Positions 45,699 to 54,806 are shown, numbered from the stretch's first letter. The stretch: 64,000 bases of DNA from an uncultured Candidatus Saccharibacteria bacterium (GCA_965230955.1 OZ246404.1:289184-353183), one strand, 5' to 3'. Program-made: numbers and translations. Notes: a model not told the origin generated them from the letters alone.

Positions 45699-45864
45699 AC
45701 GCCACATCCCGGCCAGAGCCGGGAGTGGAAATCTAAAGCTTAAAGTTTAAAATTCAAAGGAAATTCAAAAACCAAAGTCTAAAACCGATTTCATATTTAA
45801 ATTTTGATCTTCCTTTGAATTTTTTTCTTTAAACCTTGGACTTTCACCGACGGGCGGTTACCCC

Positions 45865-45940
45865 GGGCCCATAGCTCAGTTGGTAGAGCGCGCCCTTCGC
45901 ATGGGCGAGGTCAGCGGTTCAAATCCGCTTGGGTCCACCA
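45865..45940 (+). tRNA. tRNA-Ala (anticodon CGC)
   Basis: GGGCCCA-TA-GCTCAGTTGGTAGAGC-G-CGCCC-TTCGCAT-GGGCG-AGGTC-AGCGGTTCAAATCCGCT-TGGGTCC-A-CCA; G3:U70 present. Confidence 0.85.
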
Positions 45941-45988
45941 AACCGCGCGCCTGGAGTTTAGGCGAGGTCAGCGGTTACCAGAGATCCA

Positions 45989-46411
45989 ATGAACTTTCCG
46001 GAACCAAAAAATGATCGTATGGGAAAAAAGGTTAACAGGTATATTTTTTGGGCACCGAGAATATTTACTATAGTATTTATCGCGTTTTTGGCGATGTTTT
46101 CATTGGATGTTTTTGGAAATAATTATAGCTTGGGTGAACTGACATTAGGACTGTTCATGCATAATATACCGGGATTGATCTTGATAGTAATTTTGTTGAT
46201 TTCTTGGAAATATGAAATAGTCGGTGCCATCACTTTTATTCTGCTTGGCATCGTGTACATTGCCATGATTACTGTTGGTCGTACTGACATTGACCAGTCG
46301 TCGGTATTTCAAATATTGATTAATTCCTTAGTTATTTCCGGGCTGGCATTTCTTATTGGAATTCTGTTTTTCTTGGGCTGGAAGCAAAAGAAGAACTTGA
46401 CTGTAAGGTGA
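45989..46411 (+). CDS. Small integral membrane protein, function unknown
   Basis: Four TM helices; start uncertain. Confidence 0.35.
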   Translation: MNFPEPKNDRMGKKVNRYIFWAPRIFTIVFIAFLAMFSLDVFGNNYSLGELTLGLFMHNIPGLILIVILLISWKYEIVGAITFILLGIVYIAMITVGRTDIDQSSVFQILINSLVISGLAFLIGILFFLGWKQKKNLTVR

Positions 46412-46444
46412 TTTCAAATTTTAAAAACCAATCGAATTCGTTGT

Positions 46445-46861
46445 ATGGGTGATATCAAAAAAATCGGATTATTGGTACTAAATGCTTCGGGTGATAAATT
46501 TTTGGTTTGCGAAAAAGACAAAAAAGACGTCACCTCTGATTACTTGATGCCGGGCGGACAATTGGAAGAACAGGGCGATCTCGCTTGCTTGCGTCGTGAG
46601 ATCAGGGAAGAATTAAACTGTGCTATCAATTTTGATACCGTGCAATATCTGGGTTTGTATGAAGATATTGCCGCCGGATTTACTGATCGGCTGGTGAAAA
46701 TAAAACTATACAGCGGAGAACTGATTGGCCAGCCGGTGGCTTCTTCGGAAATCAAATACTTGCATTGGATTGGCCGATCAGATGCTGAAAACCAGCGGGT
46801 GTCGCCGATTATCAGGAAAAAGATTATTCCGGATCTGATAAAGAGAGATATCCTAAAATAG
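46445..46861 (+). CDS. NUDIX hydrolase
   Basis: Nudix box GGQLEEQGDLACLRREIREELN. Confidence 0.65.
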   Translation: MGDIKKIGLLVLNASGDKFLVCEKDKKDVTSDYLMPGGQLEEQGDLACLRREIREELNCAINFDTVQYLGLYEDIAAGFTDRLVKIKLYSGELIGQPVASSEIKYLHWIGRSDAENQRVSPIIRKKIIPDLIKRDILK

Positions 46862-46917
46862 CCGGATATCTTGTTTTTTCTGGGACTACAGAGGATAAAA
46901 TTCACATCTAAATTTTA

Positions 46918-46994
46918 GGGCGCATAGCTCAGTTGGTTAGAGCGCACGCTTCACACGCGTGAGGTCTCAGGTTCGAATCCTGATGCGCCCACCA
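46918..46994 (+). tRNA. tRNA-Val (anticodon CAC)
   Basis: GGGCGCA-TA-GCTCAGTTGGTTAGAGC-G-CACGC-TTCACAC-GCGTG-AGGTC-TCAGGTTCGAATCCTGA-TGCGCCC-A-CCA. Confidence 0.85.
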
Positions 46995-47080
46995 GTAAGT
47001 TTGTTATAGCCTCAACGGCTTTTTATTTTTCTTTAGAATAGTGGTAAACTTTAAGGGGTGAGATATTTCATGCTTTTTAT

Positions 47081-47884
47081 ATGAAAACTGATTATAAAAA
47101 ATTTGCTGAAAATTTAGCACGCCAGTCAGGAAAGATTATCAGGAAAAATTTTAGTTTGGGAATGGAAAAAAAATGGAAAAAAGATATCACGCCGGTAACG
47201 GTCACAGATTTAGCTGTCAATAAATTGGTTTTGGATGCGGTAGTCAAAAATTTTCCGGATCATAGCGTGATTGCTGAAGAGGGAAGCTATTTGGTCCCAG
47301 GGAGTAATTATGCCTGGGTTTGTGACCCGGTCGATGGCACTATCCCTTTTTCGCATGGAGTGCCAACTGGCATTTTCTTGCTTGCTTTGGTCAAGTCGGG
47401 AGAACCTATTCTCGGTATTGCTTATGATCCTTTTCTCGATCGGGTATTTTTGGCGGAGAAAGGGCGAGGCGCCACGCTAAATGGTCAACCGATTAGGGTA
47501 AATAAGGAAAAACAACTTCAGGGACAATCGGTCGTGGGTCTAGTGCACTGGGGATTAAAGAATGATCCAATGGAAAAGGCTTTTATCGAGATGAATGATC
47601 GCTGGGGTTTTATTCAAATGTGCCTGTGCTCTATTGGTTACATGACTGTGTTGGTTGCTGGCGGAGAATTTACGGCGGCTATTTTCCAGGGCCGGCATCC
47701 ATGGGATGCGGCTGCCATGAAATTGCTAGTCGAGGAAGCTGGGGGTAAAGTCACTAATATTTTTGGAGAAGAGCAGCGCTATGATCGAGATACGCTGGGA
47801 TTTATTGCCAGCAACGGTCTCGTCCATGGTGAATTGGTGCGATTAATTAAGAAATATGTTAAGCCGGCCGATCTCCCGAAATAA
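47081..47884 (+). CDS. Inositol monophosphatase family protein (IMPase/SuhB-like)
   Basis: Motifs AEEG, WVCDPVDGT and WDAAAM. Confidence 0.75.
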   Translation: MKTDYKKFAENLARQSGKIIRKNFSLGMEKKWKKDITPVTVTDLAVNKLVLDAVVKNFPDHSVIAEEGSYLVPGSNYAWVCDPVDGTIPFSHGVPTGIFLLALVKSGEPILGIAYDPFLDRVFLAEKGRGATLNGQPIRVNKEKQLQGQSVVGLVHWGLKNDPMEKAFIEMNDRWGFIQMCLCSIGYMTVLVAGGEFTAAIFQGRHPWDAAAMKLLVEEAGGKVTNIFGEEQRYDRDTLGFIASNGLVHGELVRLIKKYVKPADLPK

Positions 47885-48434
47885 ATTTGCCTCCCGCGCG
47901 GGAGAAAAACTCGATTTTGCCATGGCGCATTTCAAAATTGACGTCCGGGGTTTAGTTTGCGCCGATCTGGGATCGGATCGTGGCGGTTTCACGGACTGCT
48001 TGTTGCAACGCGGAGCAAAAAAAGTTTACGCGGTGGAGCGCGGTTATGGCCTGCTGGAGTGGAAACTGCGCCAAGATTCGCGCGTAGCGGCGCTGGAGAG
48101 GACGAATGCTTTACATGTGAAATTGCCGGAGCCGGTTGATTTTATCTCAATTGATGTCGGCTGGACGCAACAAAAGATGATTATTCCGAAAGCGCTGGAA
48201 TTGCTAAAACCGCAGGGCCGGATAGTGTCACTGCTAAAACCTCAATATGAGGTCGAAAAGAAGTTTCTGCGCGAGGGGAAAGTTTTGGCGGAAAAACTAC
48301 CGGAAGTAATCAGCGGGGTCAAGCAAGCTTTGACGGCCTTGCCAAATTGCCGAATTATCGGTTGCGTCGAATCGCCTTTGGTCGGGAAAAGCGGGGGAAA
48401 TGTCGAGTACTTATTTTTTTTGGCGAAAAAATAA
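47856..48434 (+). CDS. TlyA/FtsJ-like rRNA 2'-O-methyltransferase (no S4 domain)
   Basis: SRAGEKLDFAMAHF...VCADLGSDRGGFTDCLLQRGAKKVYAVE closely matches the TlyA methyltransferase core. Overlaps the previous gene by 29 nt in another frame. Confidence 0.6.
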   Translation: MLSRPISRNKFASRAGEKLDFAMAHFKIDVRGLVCADLGSDRGGFTDCLLQRGAKKVYAVERGYGLLEWKLRQDSRVAALERTNALHVKLPEPVDFISIDVGWTQQKMIIPKALELLKPQGRIVSLLKPQYEVEKKFLREGKVLAEKLPEVISGVKQALTALPNCRIIGCVESPLVGKSGGNVEYLFFLAKK

Positions 48435-48569
48435 TTTTTGAGACTGAGTAAACGGTCTTTTTTTATTGTCATTTTATTTGACAGTGACTGCATTGACAGG
48501 GGGAGTGGCTGGTGCTAAAAGGAGAGGAATAGTTCCATGACAACAACCATTCCTTAGAAGGAGGAAAAT

Positions 48570-49436
48570 ATGAAATGGTTAATTCTGTGTTGGTTCTGTT
48601 TTTCCATTGCGTTGGCGTCGATCGATCTTCGGGCGGCGACACTGGATACTCCCACTCCAACGAATCCTTGGATTGCTTTCACTGAAGTTTCGGAATATGG
48701 CGATCCGAACGGATACGCCAGTGGCGAAGTGGGCAATGTCGCTTATCAGGATTATCAGGTCGAAGTGTACATCAAAGTGGGAGATTCGTGGTGGACCAAG
48801 CCTTACTCCGAATATCCGTTTACGGACGTCAATGATTCTACCGGGGCTTGGGATTGTGACATTGTCACTTATTACACCGACAAATTTGCGACTGAGATTG
48901 CTGCCTTCTTGCTTCCGATTGGCGCGTCAGCCAACCTGTGCCTGCCTTGCTACACCTTGCCTTCAATCCCCGGAGCTCCTTATGTCTGGTTTGATCGTAG
49001 TGCTCCGCCGAGATATGTCTCTTTTGCCGGCTATACCTGGCAAGTTAAGCGCGCCGATGTCCCGATGGGTCCCGGTCCCAACCGTTTCTCTGTTCGGCCG
49101 GAGGATGTCTGGGTTGATCCCGAAGGAAATCTGCATCTGACAATCAATCAGGTTGGTGGTTACTGGTGGTGCACGGAAGTGATCAATACTTCCTCGCTGG
49201 GATATGGGACTTACATCATCCAGACTCGAAGCCGGGTTGATATCATCGATCCCAATATGGTGGTTGGTCTGTTCACTTGGGATACCGGTTCTCCCGAAAC
49301 AAGCTATCGCGAAATGGATATTGAGTTTGCCAGATGGGGCAATCCTTCTAATTTCACCAACTCGCAGTACGCGGTTCAGCCTTGTTCGAGTGCCCAGGAT
49401 GCGAGGACCGCTGTCATCGTTTCCAAGTCGATTTGA
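48570..49436 (+). CDS. Secreted concanavalin-like/GH16-like beta-sandwich protein, N-terminal part; probably continues in the 49382-50281 frame (frameshift)
   Basis: Signal peptide; ExDxE-type motif REMDIEFARWGNPSN typical of GH16 catalytic strands. The reading frame ends at 49436 while an overlapping frame continues. Confidence 0.4.
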   Translation: MKWLILCWFCFSIALASIDLRAATLDTPTPTNPWIAFTEVSEYGDPNGYASGEVGNVAYQDYQVEVYIKVGDSWWTKPYSEYPFTDVNDSTGAWDCDIVTYYTDKFATEIAAFLLPIGASANLCLPCYTLPSIPGAPYVWFDRSAPPRYVSFAGYTWQVKRADVPMGPGPNRFSVRPEDVWVDPEGNLHLTINQVGGYWWCTEVINTSSLGYGTYIIQTRSRVDIIDPNMVVGLFTWDTGSPETSYREMDIEFARWGNPSNFTNSQYAVQPCSSAQDARTAVIVSKSI

Positions 49437-50281
49437 CCGAGGCGGAGAAGGATCTGACAAATTATCTGATCTGGCAACCGGGCAGTGTCACCTTCAAATC
49501 TTATCTGGGCGCGCATTTGGGACATGAGCCGCCGTCGGAAGATCTGATTGCCGAATGGACTTATACCGGTCCGTATACCAAGGTCCCGGGCGATGAAAAT
49601 TTCCGGATCAATTTCTGGCTTCTCAACGGACTGGCTCCGATTAGCGGTTTGGGCGACGAACTGATTGTTACCGGTTTTGCTTGCCAGGATTGTGCGCCGA
49701 CGCCGACTCCCTCTCCCACCAATACCGGTAGCGGTTCGCCGACGCCGACTATGACGCCCACGAAAACACCAACGATTGTGCCCAGTGCTTCGCCGACAGC
49801 CGTGCCGACAGCGACGCCGACCGAAACAGTCGGTCCGGGGACTCCGACTTATACTCCAGTTCCACCGACGTTTACGCCTTCGCCATGTCCAACCGACACG
49901 CCATTTGAGACCCCGACCGCTATTCCTACCGGCCGAGGGGTTGAGCTGTATCTGCCGTCCGATTTTTTCCATCCTGGTGATTCGTTCGAAGTCAAAGCTT
50001 TTGTCTACTGCTGGGAAGAATGCAATCTGGATGTATACTTCTTTGCTTTTCTCGATATTCACGGCAGTTACTGGTTCGCGCCATCTTTCTCCACCGGCTT
50101 TGACTACTTGGAGATTTTTCTCTCCCCAGGCATGGTAAGCTTCGAAATTGTGCCTCCGATTATTTGGCCGTCTGGTGTCGGAACGCAAACCGGCCTCAAG
50201 TTCTGGGGAGCGCTGACCGATACTGAGATCACTGAAATTCTCGGCGAGTATGCGGTCTGGGAATTCGGGTACTCTGAGTAA
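49382..50281 (+). CDS. Continuation of the GH16-like protein (beta-sandwich end NFWLLNG), PT-rich linker and C-terminal domain of unknown function
   Basis: The frame opens at 49352 with no ATG before the overlap; PTPTPSPT...TPTYTP linker; possibly one disrupted gene with 48570-49436. Confidence 0.4.
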   Translation: MFECPGCEDRCHRFQVDLTEAEKDLTNYLIWQPGSVTFKSYLGAHLGHEPPSEDLIAEWTYTGPYTKVPGDENFRINFWLLNGLAPISGLGDELIVTGFACQDCAPTPTPSPTNTGSGSPTPTMTPTKTPTIVPSASPTAVPTATPTETVGPGTPTYTPVPPTFTPSPCPTDTPFETPTAIPTGRGVELYLPSDFFHPGDSFEVKAFVYCWEECNLDVYFFAFLDIHGSYWFAPSFSTGFDYLEIFLSPGMVSFEIVPPIIWPSGVGTQTGLKFWGALTDTEITEILGEYAVWEFGYSE

Positions 50282-50578
50282 GGGAACTATGTCAATTTGC
50301 AGGGTGAATCTCGCGATTCGCCCTGTTTTCTTTTTTATTGCCAAACTGTCGGTTTATCGGTATAATTTTATACGCCGTCGACCGGGAAAAAGGCGGCGGT
50401 TTGAGCCTTTAAAGTATTTCCGAAAACATGGAAATCAATAATTTCTTCTTCGTCGTAGTGCTGGTTGTGGCTTTGTTTGTATTGGGCTTGGTTTTCTTGG
50501 GGACGGATGAGGGAAGCTTCCAAGAAGTTTCCGCCTCGCTCGAGGCCGAAGTCCACAGTATCGGTATAAATTAATTTC

Positions 50579-50959
50579 ATGAAATTTACCTTGCAAAATT
50601 CGCGCGGATGGCTTGAGCGTGATTTTATGCGCAAGATAAATTATATCGAGCACCGCGATCGCTACTCGCCCGGGACCAGTTATATTCGTCGTGCCAAACC
50701 GGGTGGTTCATTTTATCCCCGCTATCATGCCCATGTTCGCCTGCAGGGGACGCAAGTCGAAATCGATTTGCATTACGATTGGCGCCGTCCGATGCACGTA
50801 AAAGAAGCGCGGTCGTCCGATTCCGCCGGTGATGTGGTGGAGCGCGAAGTTGAACGCATCAAGGCCGTGGCGGCGCGTTTAGCGGCGGAAGAACCGGCCG
50901 TAACCTCCGAAGATGATCAGCCCAAAAAAGGATTTTGGGGCAGGCTGTTTAAGAAATAA
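50579..50959 (+). CDS. Hypothetical protein
   Basis: 126 aa, basic, no motif. Confidence 0.35.
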   Translation: MKFTLQNSRGWLERDFMRKINYIEHRDRYSPGTSYIRRAKPGGSFYPRYHAHVRLQGTQVEIDLHYDWRRPMHVKEARSSDSAGDVVEREVERIKAVAARLAAEEPAVTSEDDQPKKGFWGRLFKK

Positions 50960-50961
50960 AT

Positions 50962-51028
50962 AGTCAAAAATCAAAAGTCAAAAGTGCGATGATTTAACTT
51001 TGGACCTTTGACTTTTTACTTTTGACTT
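50962..51028. repeat. Heptamer (GTCAAAA) palindromic element
   Basis: AGTCAAAAATCAAAAGTCAAAAGT...TTTGACTTTTTACTTTTGACTT. Confidence 0.6.
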
Positions 51029-51466
51029 ATGAAAAGAGAGCATTCAGCCGGCATAATTCCAGTATGGATCAAGGATGAGCAGGTCCGGTTTTTGTTGCTG
51101 AAAAGTAAAACATACGGTCATTGGATGTTTCCCAAGGGGCGTTCGGAACCGGGTGAAGATGACCGGGCGACCGCTCACCGGGAATTGTTTGAAGAGACCG
51201 GGATCGATAATATTTCTTTAATTGATAAAGCGGTTTTTACGGAAAACTGGTGTTATTCCCGAGCGGGAGAAGATATTTCCAAAGACGCGAAATATTTTTT
51301 GGGAGTAGTCACGGCCGGAGACGTAAAGCCGCAGCCGGAAGAAATTACGGACTACCGCTGGGTGACGCTTCCCGAAGCCCAAAAATTATTGACGCCACAT
51401 CCGAGCAAGGCGGGAATATTGAAGCAGGCGTTTAGAGTATTGCAGCAGGAACAGCTGATTGATTAA
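51029..51466 (+). CDS. NUDIX hydrolase
   Basis: Nudix box GRSEPGEDDRATAHRELFEETGI. Confidence 0.65.
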   Translation: MKREHSAGIIPVWIKDEQVRFLLLKSKTYGHWMFPKGRSEPGEDDRATAHRELFEETGIDNISLIDKAVFTENWCYSRAGEDISKDAKYFLGVVTAGDVKPQPEEITDYRWVTLPEAQKLLTPHPSKAGILKQAFRVLQQEQLID

Positions 51467-51534
51467 GTCAAAAGTCAAAAGTCAAAAGTCAAAAGTTCAT
51501 AACTTTTTGCTTTTGATTTATTACTTTTGACTTT
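51467..51534. repeat. Heptamer (GTCAAAA x4) palindromic element between the NUDIX gene and aspS
   Basis: AGTCAAAAGTCAAAAGTCAAAAGTCAAAAGT-tcataa-CTTTTTGCTTTTGATTTATTACTTTTGACTTT. Confidence 0.65.
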
Positions 51535-51540
51535 ACACCA

Positions 51541-53307
51541 ATGCTTCGTACCAACACTTGCGGCGAACTTACCAAGAAGCACGTTGCTAAAAAAACCATC
51601 CTTTGCGGCTGGGTCAATTCCCGGCGCGATCATGGCGGTTTGATTTTTGTTGATCTGCGGGATCGCTATGGGCTGACGCAGGTGGTATTCGATCCCAAAA
51701 AACAAGAAGTTTTTAAATTGGCGGACAGTTGCCGTCCGGAATTTGTTATCCGGGTAGAAGGCGAGGTGCGGGCGCGGCCGGCCAGCATGATCAATCCCGA
51801 TTTAACGACGGGGGAGATCGAAGTGGCGGCTGAGGCGATCGTGATTTTATCGAAATCATTGACTCCGCCGTTTGAGATCAATGATAAAAAGCGGACGATG
51901 GCGAACGAGGAACTGCGGTTGAAATACCGGTATTTGGATTTGCGCCATCGGTATTATTTGGAAATACTTCAGAAAAGGGATGAAATTTTTACTTTCATCC
52001 GGGAATTTTTTCATCGAAAAAAATTCATCGAAGTCCAGACGCCGATTCTGGCCAATTCCAGTCCCGAGGGAGCGCGTGATTATCTGGTGCCGTCGCGCTT
52101 GCATCCGGGAAAGTTTTACGCCTTGCCCCAGGCGCCCCAGCAATTCAAACAATTGCTGATGGTCGGGGGCTTTGATCGTTATTTTCAAATTGCTCCTTGT
52201 TTCCGCGATGAAGATCCGCGGGCCGACCGCCATCCGGGCAGCTTTTACCAGATCGATTTTGAAATGAGTTTTATCGAGCGGGAAGATTTATATGAATTGC
52301 TCGAGCCTTTTTTCATTGAAATGACGGAAAAGTTTTCTTCCAAGAAAGTAATGACCAAACCTTTCCCGCGGTTGAGTTGGGACGAGGCGATGGACACCTA
52401 CGGTTCGGACAAGCCGGATTTGCGTTATGAATTGAAATTTGTCGATGTTACTAAAGTATTTGCGGCCACCAAATTTCAGGTTTTCGCCAAAAGTTTGGGA
52501 AAAGGCGGCCTGCTCAAAGCTTTGCGCGTGCCGCAAGGCTCCAAGCTGACTCGCAAGCAGATCGATGAGCTGACGGAATTGGCTAAGCAGCAGGGACTGG
52601 GCGGGCTGGCCTATATTTCTTACAAAGAAAAGCCGATTTCGCCGATTCTTAAATTTTTGTCCGAAAAAGAGATTGCATCCATAAAAAGTGAAACCAAGGC
52701 TCAAGACGGTGATATCGTATTTTTTGCGGCCGATCAATGGGAAACCGTGGTCAAGGCTCTGGGGAAAGTGCGCTCCCGGGTCGCTGAAATGCTGAAATTG
52801 GCCGATCCTAATGTACTGGCCTGGGCCTGGATTTACGATTTTCCGATGTATACGGTCAGCGATGTCACCGGCCAGCTTGATTTTGAGCATAATCCTTTCA
52901 GTATGCCGGTCGGCGAGGAAAAAGCTTTAGAGCAAAAAGACAAAACCAAGATTCGTTCCCAGCAATTTGATGTGGTGGCTAACGGCTACGAGTTGGGAAG
53001 CGGATCAATTCGGAATCATAAGCCCGAATTATTGTACAAAGCTTTTGAATTGGCCGGTTATACCCGAGTTGAGGTTGACCAGAAATTCAAGCATATGATT
53101 GAAGCCCTGAAATTCGGCGCGCCGCCTCATGGGGGAGCGGCGCCGGGGATTGATCGCATCCTCATGCTGTTGCTTGATTGCCATAGTATCCGTGATATTT
53201 ACGCTTTCCCTCTTTCCGGTAACGCGCAGGATTTGATGACCGGCGCGCCGAGTGAAGTGGGAGAGAAGCAGTTGAAGGAATTGCATATTAAAATTGCAAA
53301 ATCTTAG
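51541..53307 (+). CDS. aspS: Aspartyl-tRNA synthetase
   Basis: Class II aaRS motifs, N-terminal OB fold, GWVNSRRDHGGLIFVDLRDRYG. Confidence 0.9.
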   Translation: MLRTNTCGELTKKHVAKKTILCGWVNSRRDHGGLIFVDLRDRYGLTQVVFDPKKQEVFKLADSCRPEFVIRVEGEVRARPASMINPDLTTGEIEVAAEAIVILSKSLTPPFEINDKKRTMANEELRLKYRYLDLRHRYYLEILQKRDEIFTFIREFFHRKKFIEVQTPILANSSPEGARDYLVPSRLHPGKFYALPQAPQQFKQLLMVGGFDRYFQIAPCFRDEDPRADRHPGSFYQIDFEMSFIEREDLYELLEPFFIEMTEKFSSKKVMTKPFPRLSWDEAMDTYGSDKPDLRYELKFVDVTKVFAATKFQVFAKSLGKGGLLKALRVPQGSKLTRKQIDELTELAKQQGLGGLAYISYKEKPISPILKFLSEKEIASIKSETKAQDGDIVFFAADQWETVVKALGKVRSRVAEMLKLADPNVLAWAWIYDFPMYTVSDVTGQLDFEHNPFSMPVGEEKALEQKDKTKIRSQQFDVVANGYELGSGSIRNHKPELLYKAFELAGYTRVEVDQKFKHMIEALKFGAPPHGGAAPGIDRILMLLLDCHSIRDIYAFPLSGNAQDLMTGAPSEVGEKQLKELHIKIAKS

Positions 53308-53362
53308 AATAATAAAAAAGCGGCTGCCAAATGGTAGCCGCTCAATATGCCGAGAAAAGGCG

Positions 53363-53758
53363 TTAACGATTTCGAAAACAGTCCAGTTCTTTGCTCATTG
53401 TCTCGATCAGTTTGGTGGCAAGTATCAGATCGCGCTCTCGGAATTTTGTGCGGCGGATATTGCTTCGCGAATCTGTCAATACGACCCCTCTGGTAATTTG
53501 TCCTTGTTTTTTGCTCCAAACGGGGCTGGAGATACTTGCTCGGCGGTAAATGTAAACAAAATATTTACCGTTTAACTGGATGGCGACTATATCGCCGTTG
53601 TGAAATTTCTGCTTTTTCATGTCGGCACCTTGTCCCAATGCTGTTCCGGATACTGTTCCATAGGACCTTCCTCCTTTTTTCAAAAAAGCTTTTCTGGTAT
53701 TACTGCCGAGGGCAGTTTCTTGTTCCTGTTGAATTTGCTTCCATTCTTTCTTTGTCAA
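53363..53758 (-). CDS. Hypothetical protein
   Basis: 131 aa, basic, no confident motif. Confidence 0.3.
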   Translation of the reverse strand: MTKKEWKQIQQEQETALGSNTRKAFLKKGGRSYGTVSGTALGQGADMKKQKFHNGDIVAIQLNGKYFVYIYRRASISSPVWSKKQGQITRGVVLTDSRSNIRRTKFRERDLILATKLIETMSKELDCFRNR

Positions 53759-53850
53759 TATACAATTTACTTAACGGTAAAGTATATCAATAGATATCTT
53801 GGAAGTCAACTGTAGGAAAGACGGTAAAGCGCACTAGGGTGGGGTAGACC

Positions 53851-53883
53851 GCCCCCACACTCAAGTACCTTGAGTGTGGGGGC
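53851..53883. repeat. Perfect palindrome of the CCCCACACTCA family (copy 3) in a divergent intergenic region
   Basis: GCCCCCACACTCAAGTACCTTGAGTGTGGGGGC. Confidence 0.6.
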
Positions 53884-53981
53884 TCCCCTATCGTTTTAAA
53901 AAAATATTTTTTCCCGATTAATAATACCCGGCATAATAATTAAAAAAGGGGACTTGCCGGTCTCTGCCCTATCAGTTTCTC

Positions 53982-54806
53982 ATGGCTGAAATCTTGACGG
54001 TCCAAAACAAAAAGTCTTTTGACCTTCCCGGCGGAGTGATCGAGAAGTATACGTTTGTTTTGTCTGACGGGGAAAAAATCGAATCGGTTTATCGCAAATC
54101 AAAGGGGCAAGCGGAAGTATATTTGTCGTCGCAGGTGGGCTGCGGCGTCGGCTGCTCTTTTTGCGCCTGTTCGGAAGAATGGCTGATTCGCGATTTGACC
54201 TGGAAAGAAGTAGCCGCCCAGGTGGAAGCGGTTTTGGAGAACAAAAAATACCACCAGTTATCAATCCTGTTCAACGGTATCGGCGAACCGACGGATAATG
54301 GCGCGGCGGTGACCAAAGCGATTAAATATCTGCTTAAGCATTATCCTGGCGCGCACATCAAAGTGACAACCACGGGATTAAGGGAAAAAGTTTTGAAATC
54401 CTGGGCTCGCCTGCCGGTGTCACTCCAGCTGTCATTACACGCCCCGACCACGCAGTCGCGGGAAAAAATCATTCAGACCTTGATTGATATCAAACGTATC
54501 GTCAAGGCTGCTCGGCAGTGGTCCAAAGCCCGCGGAGAAAAAGTGACGGTCAATTATCTTCTCTTGAAAGATTTCAATGATTCTTACTCGGCGATTGATC
54601 AATTACTGAAACTGCTGGATCCCAGGTTTTTTCGGATTATGTTTTCTCATCTCAATCAGGTGGCTAATCGAGATTTCCCCTACCTAGAATCAGATAGATT
54701 TGCTATCCTAAAAGAGTATGTGGCGGAAAAAGGCTATGAGGTGACGGAATTCGATGATGCCGGGAAACGCGCCGGGGCGGGGTGTGGGCAGCTCACTAGC
54801 AGTTAA
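53982..54806 (+). CDS. rlmN: RlmN/Cfr-family radical SAM RNA methyltransferase (short form)
   Basis: SSQVGCGVGCSFCAC cluster motif and C-terminal GAGCGQL (methyl-transfer Cys motif). Confidence 0.6.
   Translation: MAEILTVQNKKSFDLPGGVIEKYTFVLSDGEKIESVYRKSKGQAEVYLSSQVGCGVGCSFCACSEEWLIRDLTWKEVAAQVEAVLENKKYHQLSILFNGIGEPTDNGAAVTKAIKYLLKHYPGAHIKVTTTGLREKVLKSWARLPVSLQLSLHAPTTQSREKIIQTLIDIKRIVKAARQWSKARGEKVTVNYLLLKDFNDSYSAIDQLLKLLDPRFFRIMFSHLNQVANRDFPYLESDRFAILKEYVAEKGYEVTEFDDAGKRAGAGCGQLTSS

Noticed and set aside
44436-45707. Small ORFs 44436-44627(-) and 45417-45707(-)
   Set aside because: They overlap tRNA genes and the inverted-repeat leaders; no coding signal.
49376-50344. 322-aa minus-strand ORF (Arg-rich)
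   Set aside because: It lies antisense to the PT-rich linker of the plus-strand GH16-like gene. Its Arg/Gly-rich composition is the expected mirror of the PT-coding sequence, and it has no RBS or domain.
52288-52890. 200-aa minus-strand ORF
   Set aside because: Antisense to aspS.
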